Shown here: piece after piece, positions 55,672 to 64,000 of the stretch
Layout of the letters: the number at the start of each line of letters is the position of its first letter
Numbering within the stretch: position 1 is the first letter of the stretch
From: Vicinamibacterales bacterium
GTDB taxonomy: Bacteria; Acidobacteriota; Vicinamibacteria; Vicinamibacterales; UBA8438
DNA length: 64,000 nucleotides
NCBI GenBank assembly: GCA_965207675.1
Contig: CBDBMY010000010.1
Span: 745,000 to 808,999 of the forward strand
Reading direction: 5' to 3'
Made by a program: the position numbers and the translations under genes
Notes under the pieces: generated by a model
Seen by the model: only the letters and a program-made list of their open reading frames with translations
What the model was told of the DNA's origin: nothing
Database searches by the model: none

Positions 55672-58218
55672 ATGGGCCCAGGCCGCCCGCCGGTCGTGAT
55701 TCGTACCTCCGCGTCTCGCGGCGCAGCCGCCGACCTCCGCGTCGAGGTGCCCGCCTACGAGCGCCGCCGGCTCGAGGACGTCGGGTTCATGACCGCCATG
55801 ACCCTGACCCTGCTCGGCAACTACCAGCAGACGGGGCACTTCGGGGGGCCGCTGGCCTATACGCCGTACAACGTCGCCCTGCACCTCGCCGGGCCCGAGA
55901 ACGGCGGCCTGTGCTACGACTACCGCCGGCCGAAGCACCCGTTCGGCGACAAGCTGCTGCTCGCCGGCGGCCACAACATCCCGACCCTGTACGCCCTGTG
56001 GATCATCATGGGCGAGGCGATGGCCCGCCGCCACGCCGCGACCGGCGACGACCGCTTCCGGGTCGACCCGGACGTCGCGATGCTGTCCATCGACTGCCTG
56101 GGCTTCCGCCGCGGGGCGGGGGCCCTGCGGACCCTGCTCGCCGACGCCGGCGTCGAGGGCGATCCGCTCTTCGCCCAGGCCGGGCTGCGCGGCATCCGCT
56201 CGCTCGCCGGGCACTCCGAGACCACCGACCTCATCAACGACGTCAACGGCGGCCCGTCGGGCATCGGCGTCGCCACGGCGGCGGGCAAGGCCGCCTTCTG
56301 GGACTTCATGGGGGCGGGGGCGTCCCCGAAGGTCGTGGCCCTCGAGGGCGAGTTCGCGATGACCTCGGGGCATTCCCAGGAGATGAAGACCCAGGCCGTG
56401 GCCCAGCAGGTCGGCAAGCGGCTGCGCATTCTGCTCTCCTACAACAACGCGGGCATCGACGACTCGCTCGTGGGCGGCGTGGTGTCCGAGTCGATGGACG
56501 GCTACGAGGTCGCCGACCAGTGGTCCGCCTACGGGTGGAACGTGCTGTCGGTCGAGGACGGCAACGACTACGACCACGTGCTGGCCGCGTTGCGGGCCAT
56601 GGAGACCTGGGACCCCGAAGACCGGCGCCCGATGATCGTCGTCGGCCGCACCACGAAGGGGTGGTGGCCGGCGGCGCGCGACGGCGCCATTCCCGGCTTC
56701 GGCGCCCAGGTGGTGGGCTACCCCAGCCACCCCTACTCCATGAAGATGAACTCGCCGTACTTCGTGGCCCTCGCCGAGACCTTCGAGCGGCGCTACGGCG
56801 TCTCTTTCGAAGGCATCCGCGACGGCGCGGCGGGCGGCGAGGCGGAGCGGCTGCGGCAGTTCAAGACCAACGTCGACGTGGTGATGTCGCTGCTCGAGCG
56901 GGACGGCCTCGGGGACTGGCTGACGGACCGGATGGTCGAGATCGGCGACCGCGTGCGCGACGACGTGACGCTGCGGTTCGACGTGACGAGGGACCCCTTC
57001 CGCGACGACCGCCTGCGGGTGGACCGCCTGCCGGTCGAGCCGCAGAAGGTGAGCGCGCGGCTGAACGGCGACGCGCGGGAGATCGGCATCGAGCTGTTCA
57101 AGCCGGCGGGCGCCAACGCCGGCACGCGGCGGGCGATCTCCGAGGTCATCAAGTGGATGAACCACGTTACCGGCAACCGCTTTCTCACCCTCTCGGCTGA
57201 CCTGTCCAGCTCGATCAACGTCGAGAAGGGATCGCTGACCGGCCACTACGACCCCTGCTCCAATCAGGCGGGGACGCGTCTCAAGGCGGCCATTCAGGAA
57301 GCCGGTAACGCGTCGACGGCGGTGGGCCTCGTGGGCCAGACCGCGTCCCTCGACCCGGCCGTGCACAGCGGGGTCTGGGCCCTGAGCGGGAGCTACGGCG
57401 CGTTCACGCCGCTCATGTACCTGCCCGCGCGCATCTGGAGCCAGCAGAACCAGGACAGCCCGTTCCGGGTCGGCGTGCTCCACATCCTCGCCGGGCACTC
57501 GGGGCCCGAGACGGCGGCCGACGCGCGCACCCACTTCGGCATCTTCGCGCCCCAGGTGTGGAAGCTGTTCCCCCGCGGGCAGGTCATCACCCTGAGCTTC
57601 TGGGACTACAACGACGTGGCGCCGGGCTACTTCGCGGCGGCGGAGATCGCCGCCCGCGATCCCAAGGTGGGGGTGATCGTGCTCGAGGTGGCGCGGCCGG
57701 ACCTGCCGGTGGCCGACCGCTCGACGTTCGCCGACTCCGATCTGCGGTCCGCCGCCAAGGGGTTCTACGTGCTGCGCGACTTCGCGCCGGGCCGGCCGAA
57801 GCACGGGTACGTGGTCGCCCAGGGGGCCAGCTCGACCTTCAATCTCGTCAAGGCGCTGCCGGCCCTCGAGGAGCGGGGGGTCAACGTGAAGGTCGTCGCG
57901 GCCATCAGCGAGGAGCTGTTCGACCGCCAGCCCGCCGCCTACCGCGACGCGGTGCTGCCGCCCGAGGCGCGCTACGACCTGATGGTGGTGACGACGGGGA
58001 CGCGGCGCGTGTGGCCTCTTCGCGACGCGGGGCCGCTGACGGGGGAGTACTCGCTCGTCTCCGACTGGCACGACCGCTGGCTGACCGGCGGCCTGGAGCC
58101 GGACGTGATTGCCGAGGCGCGCCTCGACGAGGCGTCCGTCATCGCGGGAGTGGTGCGGTTCGCGGAAGAGCGCGACGCGCGCCTCGCCCGGCAGCGGCAC
58201 GCGCTGGCCGCCCTGTGA
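55672..58218 (+). CDS. Transketolase-family thiamine-diphosphate enzyme, long form (about 850 aa)
   Basis: TGHFGGPLAY, GGPSGIGVATAAG, LEGEFAMTSGHSQE...LLSYNNAGID (TPP/Mg motif region). The C-terminal Pyr and TK-C-like regions include AGHSGPETAADARTHFG. The start is uncertain (ATG 55672 or GTG 55747). Confidence 0.7.
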   Translation: MGPGRPPVVIRTSASRGAAADLRVEVPAYERRRLEDVGFMTAMTLTLLGNYQQTGHFGGPLAYTPYNVALHLAGPENGGLCYDYRRPKHPFGDKLLLAGGHNIPTLYALWIIMGEAMARRHAATGDDRFRVDPDVAMLSIDCLGFRRGAGALRTLLADAGVEGDPLFAQAGLRGIRSLAGHSETTDLINDVNGGPSGIGVATAAGKAAFWDFMGAGASPKVVALEGEFAMTSGHSQEMKTQAVAQQVGKRLRILLSYNNAGIDDSLVGGVVSESMDGYEVADQWSAYGWNVLSVEDGNDYDHVLAALRAMETWDPEDRRPMIVVGRTTKGWWPAARDGAIPGFGAQVVGYPSHPYSMKMNSPYFVALAETFERRYGVSFEGIRDGAAGGEAERLRQFKTNVDVVMSLLERDGLGDWLTDRMVEIGDRVRDDVTLRFDVTRDPFRDDRLRVDRLPVEPQKVSARLNGDAREIGIELFKPAGANAGTRRAISEVIKWMNHVTGNRFLTLSADLSSSINVEKGSLTGHYDPCSNQAGTRLKAAIQEAGNASTAVGLVGQTASLDPAVHSGVWALSGSYGAFTPLMYLPARIWSQQNQDSPFRVGVLHILAGHSGPETAADARTHFGIFAPQVWKLFPRGQVITLSFWDYNDVAPGYFAAAEIAARDPKVGVIVLEVARPDLPVADRSTFADSDLRSAAKGFYVLRDFAPGRPKHGYVVAQGASSTFNLVKALPALEERGVNVKVVAAISEELFDRQPAAYRDAVLPPEARYDLMVVTTGTRRVWPLRDAGPLTGEYSLVSDWHDRWLTGGLEPDVIAEARLDEASVIAGVVRFAEERDARLARQRHALAAL

Positions 58219-58473
58219 AGGCGGGTGCCGGAGCCTTCCCGGCGGACCGCCTTCGCACCGCCGAGCGCGACTTCGTGGCGTCGGCGGTCACCGATCGGCC
58301 GGCGTGTGCGCCCGGTCGAGACCCGCCGGCCGCCTCGCGGTCCGGCGCCGAGCGATTTGCCGAAGGCCTGACGAGGGCCTCCAACCACGCCCGCGACTCG
58401 CGTCGTTGTCCCGCCGTGGGGCGGAGGCCCCGGGAGTCGGCGTCACCCCGGTGCGCACCGATCCCGGCAGCCA

Positions 58474-58573
58474 GGAGTCTGCGCCGTGGGACGGCCCCGC
58501 CGGAGGAGGCGCAGGCTCCCCGCAGGGTTGGTCGCCCGCCGGCGGAGCCGAAGGCGACAAGGGCGCGGGAGGC
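58474..58573. repeat. Inverted copy (D) of the ~85-nt REP/MITE-like element, immediately downstream of the 58574 stop
   Basis: GGAGTCTGCGCCGTGG...CGCAGGGTTGGTCGCCCGCC...AGCCGAAGGCGACAA is the reverse complement of the copy A/B consensus. Confidence 0.55.
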
Positions 58574-59113
58574 TCACTCGCGCCGGTAGACCAGCGTGGC
58601 TTCGACGTCGCCGCGCCGCGTCGACCGTACGGTCTCGACGGTCATCGTGCGCCCGTCGGCGCTCAGCGTCCGCCGCTCGGTGAACTCCAGCGAGAAGTCG
58701 CCGAGCGGCGTGCTGGCGCTCTGCGTGCCCTCGGTGACGAGGGCGGCGCCGTCCCAGCGCGACCGGGCCGTCTGCTCGCCTCTCGGTCCCGAGTTGGTGC
58801 TCTCCTCGCCGTCGAGGCGGTAGGTCGCGGCCCGGCTGCCGCCGTCGGACTGCTGCTCGATGATCAGCATGGTCGGGGTCTGGACGATGACGAGCGTCCG
58901 GGCGCCCCCGCCGAATCCGCCCCCGCCCTGCCGCCGACCGCCCCCGCCGCCGAACAGCCGGCGGCCCCTGCCGCCGATATCGGGAAGCTCGCTGGCTTCG
59001 GCGTCGAGGTGCCACGTGCCCGAGAAATCGGTGCCCTGGGCCGCCGCCGGCGCCGCGAGGGCCGCCGTCGCCAACAGAGCGAGGGGAACGAACGCAATAC
59101 GGAGTCTCGTCAT
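58574..59113 (-). CDS. Small secreted hypothetical protein with a Gly/Arg-rich patch
   Basis: Signal MTRLRIAFVPLALLATAALAAPAAAQG, GTWHLD, GGRGRRLFGGGGGRRQGGGGFGGGA, then a beta-rich tail. Confidence 0.6.
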   Translation of the reverse strand: MTRLRIAFVPLALLATAALAAPAAAQGTDFSGTWHLDAEASELPDIGGRGRRLFGGGGGRRQGGGGFGGGARTLVIVQTPTMLIIEQQSDGGSRAATYRLDGEESTNSGPRGEQTARSRWDGAALVTEGTQSASTPLGDFSLEFTERRTLSADGRTMTVETVRSTRRGDVEATLVYRRE

Positions 59114-59289
59114 GGATGGTCTCCCCGGACAGGCGAATCTCATCGGTCGCACCGCCCTTCGGTCTTGCGCCGGCCCGCGGGCGTTTCCGCCGCCCGCGCC
59201 GTCCGATGCCGAAGCGTGCAATGGCGTGGACCCCGGGGGCGGCCGCTTTATTCCCGCTCTCCACCGCACTCGCAACGTCCCGCCGGCCC

Positions 59290-59565
59290 GTGCCGCACGC
59301 ACCACTTCGCCGCTTGGCCTCCAAAACGTTCGGCCTGCTGGCGGCCGACGAGGGCCGGCCTGTGCCGCGCGCCCGCCACCTCGTCGCATTGGCGTCTGCA
59401 CGTGCGGCGGCCGACGAGGGCCGGCCTGTGCCGCGCGCCCGCCACCTCGTCGCATTGGCGTCTGCACGTGCGGCGGCCGACGAGGGCCGGCCGTGCCGCG
59501 CGCCCGCCACCTCGTCGCATTGGCGTCTGCACGTGCGGCGGCCGACGAGGGCCGGCCTGTGTCGC
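59290..59565. repeat. Tandem array of a 66-bp unit (3 near-perfect copies plus partial or degenerate flanking copies)
   Basis: GCGGCCGACGAGGGCCGGCCTGTGCCGCGCGCCCGCCACCTCGTCGCATTGGCGTCTGCACGTGCG starts at 59341, 59407, 59473 and 59538. The third unit is 1 nt shorter. Each unit has the GCACGTGC palindrome and a CGACGAGG...CCTCGTCG inverted repeat. Confidence 0.85.
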
Positions 59566-59711
59566 CGGACCGGGGGACCGTCGCAGGAGGCCCCGCTCGA
59601 CGCCGGCGAGCGTGACGAGCCGGCCGTCGCTCGTCCGATTCGCGCCGGATTTCCGTCCCGTTCGCGCCGCCCCACACGCTCCGGCGGCCGTCCCCGGCCC
59701 CATTATTCACC

Positions 59712-59740
59712 TTGACAGCGCCGTGACGCCGCCCCATAAT
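59712..59740 (+). promoter_or_regulatory. Near-consensus sigma70 promoter TTGACA-N17-CATAAT
   Basis: Spacing counted directly. It lies about 335 nt upstream of the start of the five-repeat protein gene. Confidence 0.45.
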
Positions 59741-60074
59741 TGGAGCCGGGTACGCGGTCAAGCCCATCCCTCCAGGCATCGGCTTTTCCCAGGGCCGATA
59801 TGAGCAGTACGTAGGCGTTGTCCGTCGTTCGCGACGGAGCAGTGCTTCATGGGACAGTCCGAACAGAGCGTCTTGCGGTGGCCGCCCGAAACGGGCGGGT
59901 CATTGCGCCTGTCCGTGGACGCCGTCGTGGCCCGCGGTGGCGGCAACGACGCCACGCCGCGGCCGCGCTGAGCCTCGGCGCCGCCGCGCGGCAGATCGTT
60001 CCGCGAAAGCGCGGCTCGGGCTCGTTCCGTGAGGGTTTCGGGAGCAGGTCATGGGAACCGTCGAGGAGGGGAGC

Positions 60075-62309
60075 ATGTCGAACCGGTCCGGGATGCTGGC
60101 TGGTCTGACCGCGTCGCCGTGGGCGTGGCGCGGGGTCGTTCTGGCGGGGGCGCTCGCGGTGGCGCAGCCCGCGGTGACGTTCGGAGCGGGAGTGGATACG
60201 TACAAGTGGCTCGGTGAGCTGGTGGCGCTCGACGAGGGTGCGCGCAAGCTGACCGTCACCTCGAGGGTCATGGCCCCGGGGGGCCTCGACGTCGCGGGGC
60301 TGGAGCCGGGTGATCCCATCCTGATCACGTGGTCGGGGTCGGACCACGGCGCCCAGGGCATCGCCGCCGTCGCGCCCGACGACGGCGCGGGCCTGTCGCC
60401 GGGGGACCGGTTCCGGCTCCGGGCGCGGTTCGTGGCCGCCGACGCGGCGCGGCAGTCGCTGACGTTCTCGGTCAGCGGCCCGTCCAGCGAGCTGGCCCCG
60501 TTGCGGGCGGCCATGCAGGGCACCTGGGCGACCGTCACCTCGCCGCATCGGCCCGCGCACGGGCCGGCCGCGGTGACGGCCGTCGATGCCTACGGGGCCG
60601 GGAACGGCCACGGGCCGGCCGCTGGCGACACCTACGACTGGAACGCCGAGCTGGTCTCGCTCGACGACGCTGGCCGGTCGCTGACGGTCAGGTCGCGCCT
60701 CGTGTCGCCGACCGCGGCGGCCGACGGGCTGGAGCCGGGCGACGCCGTCCGCATCACCTGGTCGGGCTACCGTGACCGTGCGGCCGGCGTGCGGGCCGTG
60801 CGCCCCGCCGACGACTCCGGGCTCTGGGGCAGCGAGCGGTTCCTGCTCGACGCCGAGCTCGTCGCGGTGGACTCGCGCTATGTGACGTTCTCGGTCGAGC
60901 CGCCCGCCGACGGCATCGATGCGGTGCGGGCCCTGAGGCCGGGCGCGTGGGCCACCGGCACGTCGCCGCACCGGCCGTCGGCCAAGGCCAAGGCGGTCGC
61001 CGCCTACGCGGCGTCGCCGGCCGACGTCCCGAAGACCGCGGACGCCGCCTACCGCTGGCACGGCGAGCTGGTTTCCCTCGACGGCGCCGGCAAGACCCTG
61101 ACCGTCAAGTCGCGCCTGGTGTCGGACGCGGCCGCGGCGTCGGCGTCGGCCCTCGAGGCGGGCGACTCCATCGTCATCACCTGGTCGGGCTTCGAGGACC
61201 GGACCGACGGCATCCGCGCCGTCGAGCGCGACTCGGGGCTGTGGGGCGACGGCGGCTTCCTGCTGCAGGCGACGTTCGTCGAGACCGACTCGGCGCGGCG
61301 CTACCTGACGTTCTCGGTCGAGCCCCCCGCCGACCGCGTCACGGAGCTGCGCGCCATGACCAGCGGGAGCTGGGCGACGCTCTCGTCGCACCACCGTCCC
61401 GCCGCCGGCGAGGCCCCGGTGCTGACCGTCGACGCCTATGCGCCGTCCATGGCCCCGCGGCTGGCCGGGAGGGCTCCGGCCGCCGGCGACACCTACGAGT
61501 GGCGGGGCGCGCTGGTGTCCCGCGACGAGGACGCCGGCACCATCGACGTCCGGTCCCGCATCGTCTCGCCGTCGGGGAGCGTGGCGGCCGATCTGAAGGC
61601 CGGCGACCCCATCGTCATCACCTGGTCCGGGTTCGACGACCAGGCCGACGGCATCCGCGCCGTCAGGCGCGACGACGGGTCGGGGCTGTGGGGCGGCGAC
61701 CGCTTCCTGCTGAAGGCGAAGTTCGCCGCGGCCGAGGGCCAGTACGTGACCTTCACGGTCCAGCCCCCGGCCGACAGCGCCCCGCTGATGCAGGGGCTCA
61801 CTCCCGGCGCCTGGGCCATCGGCACCTCGCCCCACCGGCCCGACTTCGCGGCCGAGGCGGTGACCCTGGTCGACGCCTACGACCCCGCCCGCCGCGCCCG
61901 CCGCTACGCGTGGAACGGCGAGCTGGTGTCGCTCGACAAGGCCGACGCCGTCATCACCGTGTCGGCGCCGGTCGAGGAGCACGTCTTCCGCTACGTCGAG
62001 CGGTTCGGCAAGGGCGACCAGGTCGTGCTGATCTGGACGCCGACCGCGAACGGCGACCGCGCCATCCGGTACCTGGAGCTGCGGGAGCAGTCGGTGCTCG
62101 AGCACGGCTACGTGCTGCCGGTGCAGTTCGAGGGGTCCGACGCGGACAGCGGCCGCATCACCTTCAGCACCCCGATCCCCGCCCGCGCGGCGAGGGCCCT
62201 CAAGGGCGCCGGGCCGGGCGACTGGATCACCGCGACCTCGCTGTTCGATCAGTCCTACGAGCACGCCGCCATCATCGCGATGGCGGTGGAGAGCGACCTC
62301 GCGGAATAG
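60075..62309 (+). CDS. Secreted protein made of five tandem ~140-aa repeats of an unrecognised domain
   Basis: GAGGAGG SD 5 nt before the ATG at 60075; an upstream in-frame ATG at 60051 is also possible. Signal-like N-terminus. The repeat consensus DTYxWxGELVSLDxxGxTLTVxSRxVSP...LExGDxIxITWSG...GIRAV...LWG..RFLLxAxFV...YxTFSVxPPAD...LRA...GxWATxTSPHRP...AVxxVDAY starts at nt 60195, 60627, 61041, 61488 and 61899. Confidence 0.75.
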   Translation: MSNRSGMLAGLTASPWAWRGVVLAGALAVAQPAVTFGAGVDTYKWLGELVALDEGARKLTVTSRVMAPGGLDVAGLEPGDPILITWSGSDHGAQGIAAVAPDDGAGLSPGDRFRLRARFVAADAARQSLTFSVSGPSSELAPLRAAMQGTWATVTSPHRPAHGPAAVTAVDAYGAGNGHGPAAGDTYDWNAELVSLDDAGRSLTVRSRLVSPTAAADGLEPGDAVRITWSGYRDRAAGVRAVRPADDSGLWGSERFLLDAELVAVDSRYVTFSVEPPADGIDAVRALRPGAWATGTSPHRPSAKAKAVAAYAASPADVPKTADAAYRWHGELVSLDGAGKTLTVKSRLVSDAAAASASALEAGDSIVITWSGFEDRTDGIRAVERDSGLWGDGGFLLQATFVETDSARRYLTFSVEPPADRVTELRAMTSGSWATLSSHHRPAAGEAPVLTVDAYAPSMAPRLAGRAPAAGDTYEWRGALVSRDEDAGTIDVRSRIVSPSGSVAADLKAGDPIVITWSGFDDQADGIRAVRRDDGSGLWGGDRFLLKAKFAAAEGQYVTFTVQPPADSAPLMQGLTPGAWAIGTSPHRPDFAAEAVTLVDAYDPARRARRYAWNGELVSLDKADAVITVSAPVEEHVFRYVERFGKGDQVVLIWTPTANGDRAIRYLELREQSVLEHGYVLPVQFEGSDADSGRITFSTPIPARAARALKGAGPGDWITATSLFDQSYEHAAIIAMAVESDLAE

Positions 62310-62351
62310 GAGGCGTCCTCTCGGCGGCGAGTAGGCGTCGGCGGGCAAGTG

Positions 62352-62391
62352 AAGCCCCGCGTAGCGGAATGCTCGCTGCGCGGGGCTTTTC
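62352..62391 (+). terminator. Rho-independent terminator
   Basis: AAGCCCCGCG-(loop)-CGCGGGGCTT followed by TTTCG, 43 nt after the stop at 62309. Confidence 0.7.
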
Positions 62392-62530
62392 GTCTCTCGT
62401 CACTCGCGGGTGCTTCTGGCCGCAGCGACCCTGTAGCTGACGGTCTTGTGCGGCGGGACAAGCTCCCCTGACGCAGGTTGTTGCGGCCCCGTGTGCGAAC
62501 CCTGATGACGGGGTGCGTTTCCTTCCCTGA

Positions 62531-62699
62531 CCGTGGCTGCCCGCCGGCGAGCGCGGTCACCGTCCGTTCGGTCCCTCCTCACCGGGTCAGGCGGCCCGGA
62601 CCCACCGGATGAGCGTCGACCGTGACTGCCCGCCGGTGAGCGCGGTCGCCGTCCGTTCGGTCCCTCCTCACCGGGTCAGGCGGCCCGGACCCAGCGGAT
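62531..62699. repeat. 89-bp tandem duplication covering the 3-prime end of the minus-strand permease gene and its downstream flank
   Basis: 62531-62610 and 62620-62699 are near-identical. Both include TCAGGCGGCCCGGACCCA, the reverse complement of ...WVRAA-stop. Confidence 0.8.
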
Positions 62700-63998
62700 C
62701 AGGGTCTTCAGGTCGGGCGGCTTGCCGTACATGAGCAGCCCGATCCGGAACACCTTCGCGGCGACCCACACCGCGCCCACCACCGACGCGAGGCCGACGG
62801 CGATCGACAGCCAGACCTCCCACCACGGCGGCGGCTGGCTCGACCCCAGGCGCAGGAGCATGCCGAACGAGTTGATGGGGGGCAGGTGGCTGACGGCGAC
62901 GGCGAGGGTCGAGCCGGGGTTCCGGGACACCGCCGGCCAGATGAACCAGGGGACCATGAGCACCAGCATCAGCGGCATCTGCAGCGACTGCGCCTCGGTC
63001 ATGTCGTTGACGGCCGCCCCCACCGCCAGCATCAGCGACCCGAACATGAAGAACCCGATGAGGAAGAAGATCGCGAGGTAGACGATCAGCCACGGATCGA
63101 GGAGGCCGAACAGCGAGAACGTCGACAGCAGGACCAGCCCCATGGCGACGTAGAGGCCGATCATGACGAGGCTGATGGCGACGGCCCCGAGCAGCTTGCC
63201 CGCCATCAGCTCCATGGGGGACACCGCCGACAGGAGCACTTCGACCACCCGGCTCGACTTCTCCTCCACCGTCGACGTCAGCATGGTCTGGCCGCCCCCC
63301 ATGATGCCCATGAACATCAGGATCATGAACGCCATGGGCAGCATGAAGTTGAGCCCGTCGACCGTCTCGCGCTCCGCGTCGGGACTCACCGTCGTCGACC
63401 CCGGCCTCGGCACCCGGAGCAGCGCGTCGATGGCGTCCCGGTCCAGGGACTGCGCAGCGACGCGGGCGTCGACGATGGCGTCACGGACGCTGTCGTGGAT
63501 GAAGTCGAGGTCGCGGTCGTCGAGGCCGGGCGGCACGAACAGGTCGTAGGTGCCGAACCCTTCGGCGGCGTCGGCCGTGACCGCTTGCTCGTGGATCACG
63601 ATCAGGGCGGTGTGCCGCAGCCCGTCCGCCTCCTCGTTGAGCCACGCCTTCGCCGCCTCGACGTCCGCGTCGGCCGGCAGCGCCAGCAGCCGCACGTTCG
63701 GGACCGGCCCCAGGGTGTCGTCCATCGTCTGCGCGATCGCCGCCTCGGCCATCCCGCGGACCGCCTCGGGAGCGGCGCCGAGGCCGCGGCGGAACTCGTC
63801 CATCCGCCGCTCGGCCACCGCCTCCGGATCGAGGGCGGCGCTCAACGCCGGCAGGACGGCGCCGGTGGGGTCGACGACGGCGTACTCGCCCTCGACCTGG
63901 AAGCTCCGGTCGTCGAAGATCCGCGGCCCCACGAGGACCATGACCACGCCGATGGCCGGCGCGATGAGCAGCCCGGCGATGAAGCCCTTGGTCAGCAC
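62676..63998 (-). CDS. ABC-2 family (NatB/YhaP-like) transporter permease with a large extracytoplasmic domain; N-terminus probably outside the window
   Basis: TM1, a ~190-aa soluble region, then the ABC-2 core (TVEEKSSRVVEVLLSAVSPMELMAGKLLG... and multiple TM helices). The ORF reaches the window edge. Confidence 0.75.
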   Translation of the reverse strand: MLTKGFIAGLLIAPAIGVVMVLVGPRIFDDRSFQVEGEYAVVDPTGAVLPALSAALDPEAVAERRMDEFRRGLGAAPEAVRGMAEAAIAQTMDDTLGPVPNVRLLALPADADVEAAKAWLNEEADGLRHTALIVIHEQAVTADAAEGFGTYDLFVPPGLDDRDLDFIHDSVRDAIVDARVAAQSLDRDAIDALLRVPRPGSTTVSPDAERETVDGLNFMLPMAFMILMFMGIMGGGQTMLTSTVEEKSSRVVEVLLSAVSPMELMAGKLLGAVAISLVMIGLYVAMGLVLLSTFSLFGLLDPWLIVYLAIFFLIGFFMFGSLMLAVGAAVNDMTEAQSLQMPLMLVLMVPWFIWPAVSRNPGSTLAVAVSHLPPINSFGMLLRLGSSQPPPWWEVWLSIAVGLASVVGAVWVAAKVFRIGLLMYGKPPDLKTLIRWVRAA

Positions 63999-64000
63999 CG

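Noticed and set aside
59341-59565. Possible CRISPR array
   Set aside because: The whole 66-bp unit repeats with no unique spacers between copies. No cas genes or leader are present. It is a plain tandem repeat.
59747-60074. Known riboswitch, RNase P RNA or tmRNA in the leader of the five-repeat gene, and the short ORF MGQSEQSVLRWPPETGG... (about 39 codons from ~59849)
   Set aside because: No diagnostic motifs of the RNA families I compared by eye (RNase P GGAAAGUCCGGGC, tmRNA 5-prime end, ZTP, ykkC, cobalamin). The short ORF has no SD and unremarkable composition.

Overview
Very GC-rich (about 70% by eye) bacterial chromosomal window. The gene content looks Acidobacteriota-like: Oar-type TonB-dependent receptors with carboxypeptidase-regulatory N-domains, a TIGR03436-type VWA protein, and many secreted proteins of unknown function. 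That taxonomic guess is inference only. Because of the GC content, many long ORFs in the six-frame track are antisense or out-of-frame artefacts. I called genes only where the translation shows recognisable family motifs, a signal peptide or a sensible start context.

Content from start to end:
- 3-prime end of an MDR-type oxidoreductase, a YfcC-type transporter, and a TlpA-like thiol:disulfide oxidoreductase.
- A decayed AAA-ATPase + DUF4276 pair.
- An outer-membrane-factor gene plus an unusually long periplasmic-adaptor fusion, with no pump gene beside them.
- A cytochrome b cluster followed by PQQ dehydrogenase 1.
- A roughly 6-kb stretch of gene fragments that also holds an intact AbiEii-like nucleotidyltransferase pair and two FAD monooxygenase paralogs. 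One paralog is interrupted by a cassette carrying CTAGCTAGCTAG.
- A co-directional minus-strand cluster: CBM9/DUF5916 protein, ABC-2 exporter, PQQ dehydrogenase 2, a haem-c/PHM-like dicopper monooxygenase fusion, and an unknown secreted protein.
- tRNA-Arg(ACG), PQQ dehydrogenase 3, a Tat-signal threonine-aldolase-like enzyme, tadA, and VWA and BON proteins.
- Three Oar-like TonB-dependent receptors, one of them heavily frameshifted, with paralogous small two-Cys secreted proteins nearby.
- An AAA_14/DUF4143 ATPase.
- tRNA-Ser(CGA) and a degenerate duplicate of the tRNA with its promoter and leader.
- CopC-like, DUF2911 and transketolase-like proteins.
- A 66-bp tandem array, a secreted protein built from five tandem copies of an unrecognised ~140-aa module, and a partial NatB-like ABC-2 permease.

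No rRNA genes, CRISPR arrays, transposases or integrases were seen.

The best candidates for something new are the five-repeat secreted protein with its regulatory region, the OMF + adaptor/TolB-N-like fusion, and the quinoprotein/haem-copper monooxygenase/ABC-2/DUF5916 cluster. The CTAG cassette and the density of gene remnants need checking against reads before any biological interpretation.
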